DNA of 63,860 nt from Chrysomallon squamiferum (lineage: Eukaryota > Animalia > Mollusca), in contig CM022676.1 of the NCBI GenBank assembly GCA_012295275.1, positions 12,710,141-12,774,000 of the forward strand, given 5' to 3'. The notes under the pieces were generated by a model. The model was not told the DNA's origin. It saw only the letters and a program-made list of their open reading frames with translations, and did not search any database. The stretch's first letter is position 1. Each line of letters starts with the position of its first letter. Positions 39,761-53,769 of this stretch are shown piece after piece. The position numbers were made by a program, and so were the translations under genes.

Positions 39761-42700
39761 GAAATGTCCAGTATGTCAATCAAACAGTTTTTGTGTAACT
39801 TGGTTTGTTTTTAAATAAAAAGATAACAATAATCAATCTTTTATCTGAGCTTAAAAAGGCACAAAACTAACTAATAATGTCTGATAAATATTTATTTATG
39901 TTCCCCAAAAGATAATGGTCTGATTTTTAAAAACTTGTATACTTATATGCTTAAATGCCTAAACTGTGCCAAAATAAAAAATTACTGGAAAAGATCAGAG
40001 AAATTTATTTCATCTTTCATTTTTTTAATTTTAATTATAATTCAATAATAGGAAGTAAATTCATGCAAATGAATGAATTTGTTCATGTCTTGTACATTTT
40101 CAACATTAAAATATGGTGCCTGCAAATATGTGAAATTAAATCTGTTACTTCACTTTCCTTTCCACGGAAATCGTTCATGCTGAATTCAGAATAATTATGG
40201 TAATAGTAGCTGATTCTGCTTATTTTACATTTTAATTTGGAAAGACAGCAAAAATAGAATATTCTTCTTTCTTCAATTAACCATCCTAAAAATACTGAGT
40301 AGGCTGAGTAAAATGTACCCACCAAACACTAAACATTTACATACACTTTGTTATAAAACCAAATGTATTTGTTATTGTATTTTTATCAAATTATTTGATA
40401 TCAGATAGTGACTAGTCAGTCAAACATATTTCTTGTCTACTAACTTACAACTTTAGTGACCCTTTCACTGTGTTCTATTACATCACAAAACCGGTTGCAC
40501 TGCAAAATCATGAGTTGTGACACTCAAAAAAATGTCTGTTAAGTTATCATTAAAAAAGTAACCTAGCATAAGTTTTGGTAAATTAGTAGAGAGGTGGGAA
40601 CACCTGTCATCATTAGACAAGATTATAATCAAGTCATATAATCAAGTAATCCAGCTAAACTCTATTAAATTTTGATCACATGGAAAACTGTGGACATCTG
40701 AGTAATTTAGCAGAGTTGATGATAACTTAGTTGACATGTATTAAAATATTAGCTAACATACATCATGATTATTATTTTAGTGATTTCAATATACTGCAGC
40801 TAATGCAAATATAGTTTTCATCACCTATTATTAGTCTGCCAACACAGGTAGTGGCAGACAGTTACATATCAGCCAATCACTAGACAAACTGTGCTTACAT
40901 GCTACCTGTAACATTATGAATCGCATGGAAATAAAGAGGGATATCTGCTCTTGAATTGTGTGTTGTGTGTTTCATCTGAGTTATTCAGTGAACCTGTAAT
41001 CTGCATTTAAAAACTGCTACATTATAACACAGCTGACAGCAGATACATTTTTAAAATGGACAGCTAAAACCATACCCCAGCTTCTGTGGCATCCACATCT
41101 GATATCATTCAAAAGATTGTTCAATTTCATTTTGAGTGGCATTTTAAACTAAGCATAATATTTACTGGAGCAGCAGCCATTTCCAATGTAACAACTGCTA
41201 CCACTAACCAAATTACATTTTTTGTTTGTTCAAAATGCTATCAATCGCAGAGTACAGATTATAAGAGAATTTGATCTCGGTTTTTGATCGAATTTTGCAC
41301 CATGTCATTGTCAGTTATTACGATTGTTTAATTAATGTTTCTTATAAACGTATTCAAGCATTCATTTAATTTTTATCTGATTATTTTGTATATTCTACTG
41401 TGAAAAGCATTTGTAGTGCTGAAACTTAAAAGACCTTAGCAAATCTAATGCTGAAAGGGATTAAGATATCATCATTGCTACCTTTATAGTTTACTGTTGT
41501 CTTTTATTTTATTTAGGAATTAAAAAATATGCTTTATGATGATTTCTGTTGAAAATCAACCTACAGCTCGTATTTCTTGCTTCATTTTCAATGTAAATTA
41601 CTGAAACACAATATTTTGTTTTAGTTCAAACAACCTAAGTTATAAAAAGAAAGTAACAATGTAAACTCCAGTCAGAGGTGCAAAAATCACACAGATACAT
41701 ATATAAATAATGTGACATAATAATACGATACAAAATGTTAAAAGACATAACATTAATGGCGTCATTCATAATAAACATGGCACATCCAAAAATTCGAATT
41801 TTTGCTATTCCTTTATTTTAAGTGATTACTGTCAAAAAAAAAAGAAAAAGAAATGTGTTACTTAAATCAATCAATAAATAAATAAATACAATTGAATCTA
41901 TCCGACAAAAAAAGAAAAAAAGAAAAAAAAAAAAAAGCAACATACAAAATACCCCACCCCAAAAAAACTGGTCAATAATTTTTAAAATAGCAAACAATCC
42001 TATTTCAAAAAATGTGTCAGTAAAAATTCAGTTCTGAAAGTAAGTATAGCTTATTAATGTTTCTAAACTTTTACACAGTGAGAATAACCCAACAGCAACT
42101 GATCACAAAATGATGATGGGTTCATCTTTCATCATGTGATTACTAACTGAAACTGTTCAATTACTGCCAAAAATGGTATGAAAATAAACATTCAAAAAAC
42201 AAACAAACAAACATACAAAATAAAATATTATAAAATAACATAAAATAAAAAACTGATTCAAAATGAAACAAATATGAAGAATATATTTTTGAACATTTTA
42301 TTTCATATTGCAACTGCCCTCTTAGTTACAGTTAGGTTATATCTCTGAATTTATGAGGATAAACATTTTATAAATTAGTAGAGATTATATAAATGATGAT
42401 AATACCCAAGATACAACAATAATTTAGCTGCTCAGGAAATAAATAGACTGCATCTTTTGATTTATAAAAGAATAACATGACAGTCTCAAAATGTTTGAAT
42501 TTTATAATAAAATAACATGGTTGGTATTTTTGTTTCTCGAAAACCAGTGGGTTCAATTTTGATGACACTGGTGTCATTAAAAGGATGGATGTCAATTAAA
42601 ATTGAACACTCAAGATATTATCTAAAACATAAATAAAATCCAATGCTGTAATATTTTCAGTTTAGTAGTAAAACAGACTTGAAGTAGACATAGTTATCAC

Positions 42701-43111
42701 AAAAATGTGAATTCTGACACTTCCAGTGAATTAATGTACAGAAAATGCACTATAATACATTAGTGAGATATGACATAATCTCAGTACTTTATCCTAATTG
42801 GTGATTCTATAATTATTGAGGAATTCTGAATCATAAACTACCTAGTGAAAAAACGTCTAGTGTAAAAAAAACAAAAGGTGAGGTTAAAGTTTAAACTTTT
42901 ACTCATTTTTTAGGGGGAAGGGGTGATTTTACATGAAATGACTGAGATGTGAAGTAAAACTCAGAAATTATATATGCACTTAATCAAGATTTGAATGCTA
43001 CACTTAGCATATCTCTCATGCATCTGAAAACCTTTCAGTCTTAAGATTTTATTAGTCATGTTTTTAGTTCCAAACTTTTAAACATATCCATACACACACT
43101 GAAAACAGAAA

Positions 43112-43172
<61 letters not shown>

Positions 43173-43262
43173 TTCTATAAGAATGCTGTGAACTTAAGTT
43201 ATGATAAAGTAGACATTATATAACATATTTTTTAATTGGATAAGATATATATTTGTATTTAC

Positions 43263-43488
43263 CTGGAAATGTAAGTACGCGACTTTCAGTTCGTAGTGGA
43301 CCAGCATCTCCTAACGAAGGGTGGTTGATTAACAGGATTAATTTAACTTTTTTACCAGCAAACTCAGGTGGTACTCGGTCAAATGACAAAGTACACTTTG
43401 ATTCTTCATCTCCAGATTTACATGTATCATTGTTACTGGTTATCTTTGTCAGAGTGTCTGGAACATTATTCTCAGTGTCAGTGCTTAT
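43263..43488 (-). CDS. Gene D orphan exon: C-terminal half of an atypical Ig-like domain
   Basis: 226 nt, phase 0->1, atgcag/G|gtaaat; ISTDT...C....KCTLSF...LLINHPSL...LTFP, similar in layout to gene B exon 21894-22060. Confidence 0.65.
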
Positions 43489-43593
43489 CTGCATAGAACA
43501 TCATTAGTTATCTATTTAACAAATCTAATGAACATGAATTATACAGTTATATGTTTGAGGCATATAAAATAAAAATAAAAATATATAAATAAG

Positions 43594-43879
43594 ATTTGGA
43601 ATCCTTGTCATTTTGCCTTTCTAACAATACCAATTTTATGAAGATTGGCCCAGTAGTTCCTGAGATATGAGGGTTCTAAGGTTGGTGGTCACACCCATTT
43701 TTGGCAAAAATCTTAAAATTCGGTGGGCCGTATCTCCCACACCACTGGTCTGATTGAGCTAACATTTCAGATTTGGTGCTGTGGGATCCCAGTCAACAAG
43801 TATACCAAGTTTTATAAAAATCTGAGATGGGCGGGTTTAAATTTCTTTTTTTGGGGGGTGATTTGACACGGAATGACCC
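43594..43879. mobile_element. Partial GGGTCATTC-family MITE abutting the left inverted arm
   Basis: atttggaatccttgtca...atttgacacggaatgaccc, matching 11476-11746. Confidence 0.85.
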
Positions 43880-45210
43880 TATAACTATATGTGCAAATTG
43901 TTCGTGAAACTGTCGTAATGTACAACAATATTGTTAACATGATATTTGTGATCTTGAAGGCGTCATTATGAATGTTGTTAGCCTATGATATCATTATATT
44001 AACAACAATGTCATTTATTAAAGGACTGTCATAAACAGGGATGAATGCATTGCACATTCTGCACACTGCATAAAAATCATATACTGGTAATCACTAACAT
44101 TATCTGCTTATGTTTCTGGCTATGAAATTTTGGTCATTGTTTCTGGACCATCTTCTTCAGTATGTCAGCAATGCTTACTTGGTAAAAGACTATTAGTCTA
44201 TGAGACTGGGTATCAAACTGATGAACTGATTGAATATAAATATAGGTTAAATAGTTTTAGACTAAATCAGTAAATCTTTACTTTTTCGTGATATATCTAG
44301 AGGTTTTCTGTCATTGTAAATTAAATCATCTTAAGCCAGTTTTCTTTTTGAATGAGAGGTTTATGAGATATATATATGAAATTTGTTAAATCAGGTTTTT
44401 TTTGACATTTTATAACTTGAACAGATTGTTTTTTTTATAAGAATTTATCACTGAATTTTTTGACAGTTTTCTAAGGGTTGGTAATAAAAGACTTTACAGT
44501 TTTCCAAGTGCCCTCTGTGCATTCAAAATATTATTATTATGCAATCATTTAGATAATTTCCTGTCTGAGTTGGTTTTATGGACATTTTGCAGGAAAATCC
44601 AAAGATTGTATTGTATGATTTAACATATAGATGATCTCGGAGATAACCTACATGTTTTATATATTTTTAATCACTTTTATCAGAGTATAAACTTAAATAT
44701 CCAAAATGTACTTGTAGCATTATTATTTTTTTCCATCCTGATTAATAAAAAAAATTACTTTGATTTAAAATTATTACATTTTGTTTCAGGCATGAAATTG
44801 TAACATCTTTATTGCCACACAGCAGTTAATGAGAGTGATAACAAATGAAACATATCATGACAGTAAACAAAATAACAACACTGTGATTCTCTTTATTACA
44901 ACAAATGTCACTTTTGTCTAATAGTTGTTAACTCAGTCATTATGTTGTTATGATCTAATGACTGGCATCTTCAGGAACATGGCCCTAGATCAATTTATAA
45001 TGAATTTTTTTAACTAAAAAACACACATTTGTATTAACATTTGACCACACTGTTATAAAGCAGCATATAAATGCTCTCTATCAACATAATGTTTTACTTC
45101 TTTTGCTTATTTATATATTTTTATTTTTATTTTATATGCCTCAAACATATAACTGTATAATTCATGTTCATTAGATTTGTTAAATAGATAACTAATGATG
45201 TTCTATGCAG

Positions 45211-45436
45211 ATAAGCACTGACACTGAGAATAATGTTCCAGACACTCTGACAAAGATAACCAGTAACAATGATACATGTAAATCTGGAGATGAAGAATCA
45301 AAGTGTACTTTGTCATTTGACCGAGTACCACCTGAGTTTGCTGGTAAAAAAGTTAAATTAATCCTGTTAATCAACCACCCTTCGTTAGGAGATGCTGGTC
45401 CACTACGAACTGAAAGTCGCGTACTTACATTTCCAG
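45211..45436 (+). CDS. Inverted duplicate of the gene D orphan exon
   Basis: Identical 92-aa ORF translation on the opposite strand; same splice signals. Confidence 0.6.
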
Positions 45437-45526
45437 GTAAATACAAATATATATCTTATCCAATTAAAAAATATGTTATATAATGTCTACTTTATCATAA
45501 CTTAAGTTCACAGCATTCTTATAGAA

Positions 45527-45565
<39 letters not shown>

Positions 45566-45919
45566 TTTGTTTTCAGTGTGTGTATGGATATGTTTAAAAG
45601 TTTGGAACTAAAAACATGACTAATAAAATCTTAAGACTGAAAGGTTTTCAGATGCATGAGAGATATGCTAAGTGTAGCATTCAAATCTTGATTAAGTGCA
45701 TATATAATTTCTGAGTTTTACTTCACATCTCAGTCATGTAGGCCTACAATGTCTTACTCGATGATCAAGAAAGATGGTGATGCCTAGCATCCAGAATTGA
45801 TCATTCAGGTTTTAGTTAATCAGATGTTAATGGCTGAAAACGTGTTATTTTCATGTATGTGCATTTTTTAAATCTATATTGTGGCTAAACGAAAAATATT
45901 ACACCCAGGAAACTTTTAT

Positions 45920-46315
45920 ATGTTTTAGTTAACATGTGGGAGATTAAATTTCAATAAAGGTCATCTCAAGATCACGTGATCCACACGGTCAATTTCAAGG
46001 TCATAGCAAAGGTCAAAAGGTCAAGGTACTCCAGTATTTTCCAAACTGAACAAAAATGGCAGATTTGGAATCCTTGTCATTTTGCCTTTCTAACAATACC
46101 AATTTTATGAAGATTGGCCCAGTAGTTCCTGAGATATGAGGGTTCTAAGGTTGGTGGTCACACCTATTTTTGGCGTATCTCCCACACCACTGGTCCGATT
46201 GGGCTAACATTTCAGATTTGGTGCTGTGGGATCCCAGTCAACAAGTATACCAAGTTTTATAAAAATCTGAGACGGTCGGGTTTAAACCATTGGGTGATTT
46301 GACACGGAATGACCC
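45920..46315. mobile_element. Partial GGGTCATTC-family MITE
   Basis: Matches 11340-11746 including the aaggtca cluster and right TIR. Confidence 0.85.
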
Positions 46316-47029
46316 TATATTATATTTTAGTAAATAAAAAAAACAGATAAACATCTCTCAATGAACCAGTTTTGGTTACATGGAATACCTTTATATGTAC
46401 ATTGGACATTGTGCACGATGAATGCTTATCTCATGCTTGAGAAAATCTATTGATTAGAAAAGTCTGAAAATGGAAGGTTTTATTAAGTGTTATATAACCT
46501 TTTGTTAAATATTTATCTGGCAGTGTAACAAGTGTTATAGTTTTTGATCAGGAGACATCTGAAGTTTAGTTTTTTATCTTATATTCTTTATATTTTGGAG
46601 GTCTATTACTTTCTTTTCTTTATCACAGATACAAACTGTTGATTCATTTGAAGTATGTTGTTATGGCTGTTTCTTTATGGAAAGTATTATCTGAATCCAG
46701 TAAAATATTAAGATGTAATTAAGGTCCAAAATTAAGAAATGGATTACAAAATCAGTGAGTAGTGTTGTTAAAACAATCAGCTAATATTTCCATGGGTCAA
46801 TACTGATCATAATATTCTAATTATGAATACTTTCTGGATATATTTTTTTTATTTTTAAACTTAAAAGTAAAGTTTTTGTGCAGTGATTCAAGTGTTTATT
46901 TCAACCAGCTCTTAAATGGAAGTCATGATTCTAAGTAATATTAATACTTAACAGGATTCTTAGGTACATACTTCAAGGCAATCAACACTTTGTATCTGTG
47001 ACAAATAATCATAAATTAATATACCTCCA

Positions 47030-47357
47030 AAATATTTTTAAAAATGATAAAAAAAACTATCGCAGATATGTACAAAATTCTCCAGTTATGAATTATGAAA
47101 CAGCAAATTTCAGCTCAATATCTTTATAAAAATAAAGTTATTAGCTTTTAAAAATAGCCACAAAACCATCTGACGTAGCTGCAAGTGCCAAAACATGGGG
47201 CAACCAGCCCTGCATTTCATCAACCATAATTTCAAAACTAATAACAGTAAGGTCCCAAAATTTGGCATGCACTTTTATACAGACAATAGAGTGGAATTTT
47301 ATCAAAATTAGATATTGTCACACAGACAGTTCTGATGGAGTTAGCATGGAATGACCC
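47030..47357. mobile_element. Related element end (…catggaatgaccc TIR)
   Basis: Same terminal motif, different internal sequence. Confidence 0.5.
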
Positions 47358-49279
47358 ATTTCACATATGTACATATATATATATATATATATATGTGTAT
47401 GTGTTGTGTGTGTGCATGTCTGTGTGTCTATGAAAAAGCCTGTTACTGCATCACAGTATAAGTTTGCCCAACTCCTCTGACATGTTTTTCTTTTCCTTAA
47501 GCTTAAGGGGTTCCAGTATTATCATTTCTATTTCATCATTATTTTTACACAATATATATCATGACTTAGTATAAACTTTCAGCTTCATATCTGTATTCTT
47601 TCTTGACATGTTATCTTTGATAAATAAAAGATGTTCAACAAACAAGTTTACCATTTCAGAATTACTGTATGCAACAAAGATAAACATATTTGGGCAACTA
47701 AATTATGTTACAAATTATACATTTCTTTCATACTCTACCAAATTTCATACAAATATTTTGTGTACTTAATTTCTGATCAATAAATGTTTGGTGTTTTCAG
47801 CAAATGATGCAACCATAGCAATTATCATTACTGCCTGAAATGTTTGATTTTCTATTTGATTTAGTAACTAATTATGTGGTAAAACTTTTCGCATTCAGAT
47901 AATATTATCTTTCTGATCAAGATGTTGATTATGAATACAATTCTTAACAAGTTAGATGTTTATGGATTTTTTTTTTGTTTTTTTAATTTATATCTAGTGT
48001 ATATAATGTCATAATGCAAAATAACTGAAATTTAAAAAAAAAAAATATTAAAAGTAAATATTTATATTAGCACATTATTTGAAACTGTAAAGGCCTCTAC
48101 AATTAATCAGCCTTGAAAAATAATCTTTTTGTATACTGGTTTAATTCTGTGGAGTTATTGAGAATTATATAATTAATGCAGTTAATTAATTAAAATTCAT
48201 GAGTATTAGCAACTTCATGAACTTGCTTAAATAATAAATAACTCCGGAAGCCATCAAACGCTTCATTTTGATATATATTACAAGAAGATACAAGTATAAA
48301 CAATATCATAATCATGATGGAAATATATATATATATATATATATAAAACACTAGTAGTATTACACAAATTAACATTACTGATTAGAAGCTACCGTAAATT
48401 ATTTACTAAATATCATTTTCACACTCGTTTTTAAAATATTCATCGAAAATGATTATAACTCGTAGGTACCTATTACTATTAGTTTGATATATTATTTCTT
48501 GTTTATGAAATAATAAAAAGCAGTATTAATTATCACTAATAAGAAAAATCTAGACTGTTAAGTAATTAATTACGAGATTACATACCAAGACTTAGACTGG
48601 TCTGCTCCGCTTTTCCAAGCTAGTCCTGTTCCTGAAAACAAAAAGGATTTATTTTTGACCTTCACCTTGGTGTTTTAACTGAGCTAACCGGTTTCGTTCC
48701 TATAATTTATTAGATTAATAAAGATCGTTTCATCTTAACTTAATATAAGTAAATAAATAAATAATTTATAAATTAAATAATTAACTCAACTCTTACGTTT
48801 AATTAAGTTGGTAATAACGTTTCCTCGTATGCGTACGAAACCAACAGGAACAAAAATAGTGATCATAACAATCGAAACATATCGAGTGCGACGGAAGTAC
48901 AGGTGCTAATAAATATTGATAACAGTAATACTTCATAAATATTGAATTCAGTAATTGCAATACGTAACTCTGACCCATTATTTCACTCGATATCATAGGT
49001 ATCTGTGATATATAGAAGACGCTAACGATCTGCGTGGATTTTGATGTGCCATACCAATTTCACATTCTGAAGCTTTGTCTGAATGATCATAATATTATAA
49101 TATATAAAAGTGTTGATGTCATATTATTTTATTTAAAAAAAAAAAAAAATTTACGTGCTTCACAACAGCTTGCTCTGATTAGCACGTTATTTTTTTTCAG
49201 TAATAAAATGATCAAAAATTTTAAATTTAAAAGGAAAGAAAAGAAAAAGGTGCTATGTTAGTATATAAATAATATATAT

Positions 49280-49800
49280 TAGCATGGGCCAACAGGAACG
49301 ATAACTCGTAACGGCATAAATTTCGCTGATTTAATGGGTGCAAACTATACCTGAATGTTCTTTTCTGTTGGGTTCAGACAAGGGGAAATATTGTCAATTA
49401 GAAAAGTTAATACATTAATCTTTTACCGAATTATAATATTAATTTATTATTCACACATTTGCACAAAAATAATCCAGTTTGAAAGGTTTGGTTAAGTTGA
49501 AAAAGTAGTTACGAAAGGCGCGCAACATCATGGTTTGGTAATGTTAACAACCATCCTCAGTGTAAATCATAAAAAGTTAAGAAAAAGGATGTAAAATAAT
49601 TGAATTTGGAAGTTTAAAAATGTCCGTGAGCTCATGGAAATTTCCGATCGAAATCCAATATGGAAGCGTCGAACGCCGACTAGTGTTTACAAAGGTATGC
49701 CTTCATAATGCAATCAATTCTAAGTGTATTATTAAAAGTAATTTGGGGTAATGTGTCATGTAATCAATGCCTCGTATACACAGATGGTCTATTATTGAGT
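49280..49800 (+). mobile_element. Degenerate DNA element homologous to 9300-9866
   Basis: Shared blocks in inverted orientation; starts TAGCATGG. Confidence 0.6.
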
Positions 49801-50783
49801 AGAAATGGCTGCAAAGGTTGAAACTTTCGTTTTCTTTTGGGGGTAACTTTGACGTCGTACCGTCTCGTACACGTTTCTCACTATATTTGTTTTTCAGATA
49901 TTATGACGTCGTTAGAAAAAAAAAATAAAATAAAATAAATAAATAAATAAAATAATTAATTTTCACAGACACTGGCGCGTGAATATGAAGATGACTATTC
50001 TCATTAGGTACCATAATGTGAGCACGTTACTCTGCTAAAACTCCATAGCGGACAGTTCTGAGTACGTAGTTCTAAAACGATACTTGAAACCTTTATAATT
50101 CTTTTTTTTTTTTTTTTTTTTTTTTTAATAATATTTATTTCCATTTTCAATCCATTAGAGGTCTTATTTACATGAAAAGCAAATTGATCAAATGTTATTT
50201 GAATAATTGCCTTGATACAGTCATTGATGCAATTTTACAACAGAAAATAACAAAATAAAATTAAAGGTCCGTGTAAAAAAGTGTGTTAAAAATTAAACTT
50301 TAAATCTTTTTCGTTAAAACAAAAAGCATTCAACTTCTAAAATATGTATTATTATTTATGCAAACAATGAGTTTCCTATATTTATTTTTAAAAAATCGTT
50401 TGTCCAATATAATGATATGAATGTATATATGGGAGTGTGTACATGTGCATATTCTTGATCTATAACATAAGAATAATGACAGCGCTGACACAGTAACATA
50501 ACTCAATAGTTAATTATCTTGTTAACTTTTAAAACATGAACAATATTTGGATTAAAGAAATATTGAAAACAACATTATGTTTATCAGATAAGGAGAACCA
50601 GGAATAAAAAATAATTTTTAACAATCATAACTACATCAAGCATAGTTCAGCAATTTATTTAACTTTTTGACTGATATATTTACCTGCTATATGTTATATA
50701 AGATATGGGTTTGCACTTAGAGAGTTGATTGGCTATTTTTTTAAGCATGAGTACCTGGCATTATTCCATGTCAAAAGTGCTTC

Positions 50784-52255
50784 TAGTCCGGAAGCAGAGA
50801 GGGTTGACCCTGCATTTTTGTATTAAGTTTTTGTTTACTGTTGATTTTGGTAGCCAAGGGTCCCTATTTTCAGAAACTGCTTTATGACATGTTGTCCCCT
50901 TGAGCAATTTGAAAAATTCAAGATGGCGTCCAAGATGGCCGCCATTACATATAAATGACCATAACTCCCTACCTGTTCACCATAGGAAGGTGATTTTTCT
51001 CTCTGTACCTAGGTTTTAGGGGTCAAGCTATCCATTAGAACTAAGTATTATGTTAATATCGTATTACATAATGGTAATTTCCAAGATGGCCGCCGTAACA
51101 CTAGAACTAGCATATCTCCTTAACTATTTACTCCAAATTAATCGTGAAGGTATCTATCACTGATGATGTCATCTAGAAATCCAAGATGGCTGCCAGTTTA
51201 CTAGCATGGTATATCTTTATACAATTCAATCTTGAGAAAAATATGAAAAGGTAAACGACCACAGGTGTTATATTATAACAAATGTTCTTTAATTTTAAAT
51301 CTGAATTCTCACACAGACTACCAAAAGCATATTACACAATTCATATTTAAGGATGGCTACAGCTTCACCAAATAATTTACACTGTACATTGTGTTGCCCA
51401 TGTGCATTGCAAAGACATGCAATCGACTATGATGTCGGGTTACAACAACGCTGATTATAGCAGGCGCAAAATATTGTTCATTTCATGTTTGCAGAGTTGC
51501 AACTTCAAGCACGTGAACTGCATAGTAGTAGTTGTACCGTGGCATCCACATTCTATTAGACGTAGAACCATCTTGGGGACTAGTTCGACTTCATCAGGCT
51601 GGTTGAAGGGACGTTTTGGTCATCCTTTACACAAACATATCCCGCTGAGTCCAACTTCCGCGCTTTCAGTGACTGCCATACCAAAGCCTGATGGTGAGCT
51701 CTTTTATGATTTTCTATGAATGCCTCAGTTGTTGGTGGAAAGATACACAACTTCGGTATTGATGACCCTTTGCCTGTTTTTGACAGCCATACCTTTAACC
51801 TTGTCTCTGATATTGTACTACAGTTTGTTTGTCCATAGCACGCGGAAATGAAGGAGGTAGCTTATTGAATATCAGATTCCAGAGAATGCCCTGGTGCACC
51901 CAGCAAGTTAAGTGAGTGCCCCGCTCGAAGTGGTTTGAGTACAGTGGCCTTTCTAGTTCTAAAATAGGAGGCAACGGTGTTACAGCCAGAAAGTGCATGT
52001 GCCGGGAGTATTCCTTCGACTATATCAGAATGCTTCTGCACAGTTTTGCCTATATCAACCACCGTCCTTCCTTTGATGGGGACTCCATCAATACAATATT
52101 CTTGAGATTTGCCATGTGATGATAGTGCAGCAACAGTACAAAGACGTCAGTGTCATCCGCAACAACAGTGATTTTGCTTTCTGCATTTTCCGCGGCACAA
52201 CTCTAGACCTGTTGGACAATGACGTTATCTGTTTCTTCGTGTGTTTCTTCGTGTA
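50784..52255 (-). mobile_element. Academ-like DNA transposon remnant (XPG/PIN-like nuclease region and Cys-rich C-terminus)
   Basis: Minus frames: HEETDN..VVADDTDVFVLLLHY and LPAHALSGCNTVASY; CGC-type Cys tail; TAG terminus at 50784; repeated caagatggc motifs. Confidence 0.7.
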
Positions 52256-53434
52256 TCTTATTTAGTGTATTGTACAGAGAAGAGTCACAAAGATCCTGTA
52301 TTAACATATTTAACAGTTTAGTAGATACTGTTATTGTATCATTGATGAATTCTACAAAGGCAATATACAACAGATCATGTAAGATTGTATTTAACAGTCT
52401 GTTATATATTTCATAGCTGATCTAATTATGTCATCAGAAGAGTGAACACCATATGACTGATATATCAACAGTATCATTGTATTTGGTATTTTATTTTATT
52501 TTCTGTGTTATTAATTGTAATCATAGCATTATTAGAATATACCTTTGCATAATTGAATGAATTGTATTGTGAACCTTACTTTTTTTGCATTGGAATTTAC
52601 AGTGAAATATTTAGTATGAAATTCAGGCCACCTGTCTGAATCACCTAAGTGAAATGGCACAGAAGCAGATAAAAACAAAAAATAATAAATAAATAAAAAT
52701 GCTCGGGTCATTATAGTAGGTAGGTGACAAAATAATAAAATTATTATTTTCCTAAAACATTATACATCATCAGAAAGAGCAAGAAATTCATATTAAAATG
52801 ACACCAAGATCTCTTTGATAGCAGTGATACGAAAAATGTTATGAATTTATGGGAATAAAATTTGCGGGTATTTTTCATTCATAATCTACTGATAAAGAGT
52901 GATCTGTGTCATTTTGCAGCATAAATACTGAATATTTCATATAGTTTCAATCCACTATGTATGTATTATATATCAAAAGGAAACTTTTTATGAGTTCTAA
53001 ACCTGTACTGTATTTTTAAGCAAGTTGCTAATACTCATTAATTAATTAATCGAACTAATTAGCTGATATTTAGTTTTCGCCAGTGTTTGTCAGCGCATGT
53101 CTGAGCCAATCAGAAAGCGCCGTTGACGTCACGTGACCTGAACTGACTCGTCATTATTGATCCTCTGAAGCGCGACTTTGCGTCTGCATTGCGTATGGAA
53201 TTTTTCTCGCTCTCAACTATAAAATTTGTTGAAATTAATCTCAGTAGTAGGTAAACATTTTATATACGGGGATTTTTCCGAACATCGATGGCTTTACTGA
53301 GGTTTGCAGAAAGATTTTTTCATAAAAAATTTGAAAAACTTCTCCTTTATCTTTATTTAAAAACCGAAAACGAGGTTGTAACAAGATATATACTACGTCA
53401 TAAAAAGTTCTGACCAGTAAGTTATTTGTACCTA

Positions 53435-53769
53435 CAGGTACCGGACCAATTATCCGGACTCCTTGGATCCTGAGGCATTCCGGATTTCTGGATGTTCCGG
53501 TTTTCTTGTACCAAGGCATCTAAATACGTAAATAATTAGGCATAAACATTTTAAAATTAAGTACATAAAGAAAATTGACAATACACAACTATGGCCACTC
53601 GACACGTAAACAATGCAGCGAGTGAAAGAACGCGACTCGGCTTGAAAGAGTAGTTCCGGTCTGGTGAGGATTCACCGCGCGCACCAACTATGAAAATAGC
53701 GTTGGAAAAACTTCCGGTTTTGTGGACTTTCCGGATTTTGAGGACACCGGATAATTGGTCCGGTACTTG
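53435..53769. mobile_element. Tc1/mariner-type MITE with TA target duplication
   Basis: ta|caggtaccggaccaattatccgg ... ccggataattggtccggtacttg|ta. Confidence 0.85.

Larger units (their letters stand above)
42938..45737. repeat. Inverted duplication: arms 42938-43593 and 45106-45737, ~1.5-kb spacer
   Basis: Arms are reverse complements apart from (ATT)n length and minor differences; mirrored ORFs in the ORF track. Confidence 0.95.

Noticed and set aside
43253-45446. 84-aa ORFs MYLPGNV...
   Set aside because: Antisense shadows of the duplicated exon.
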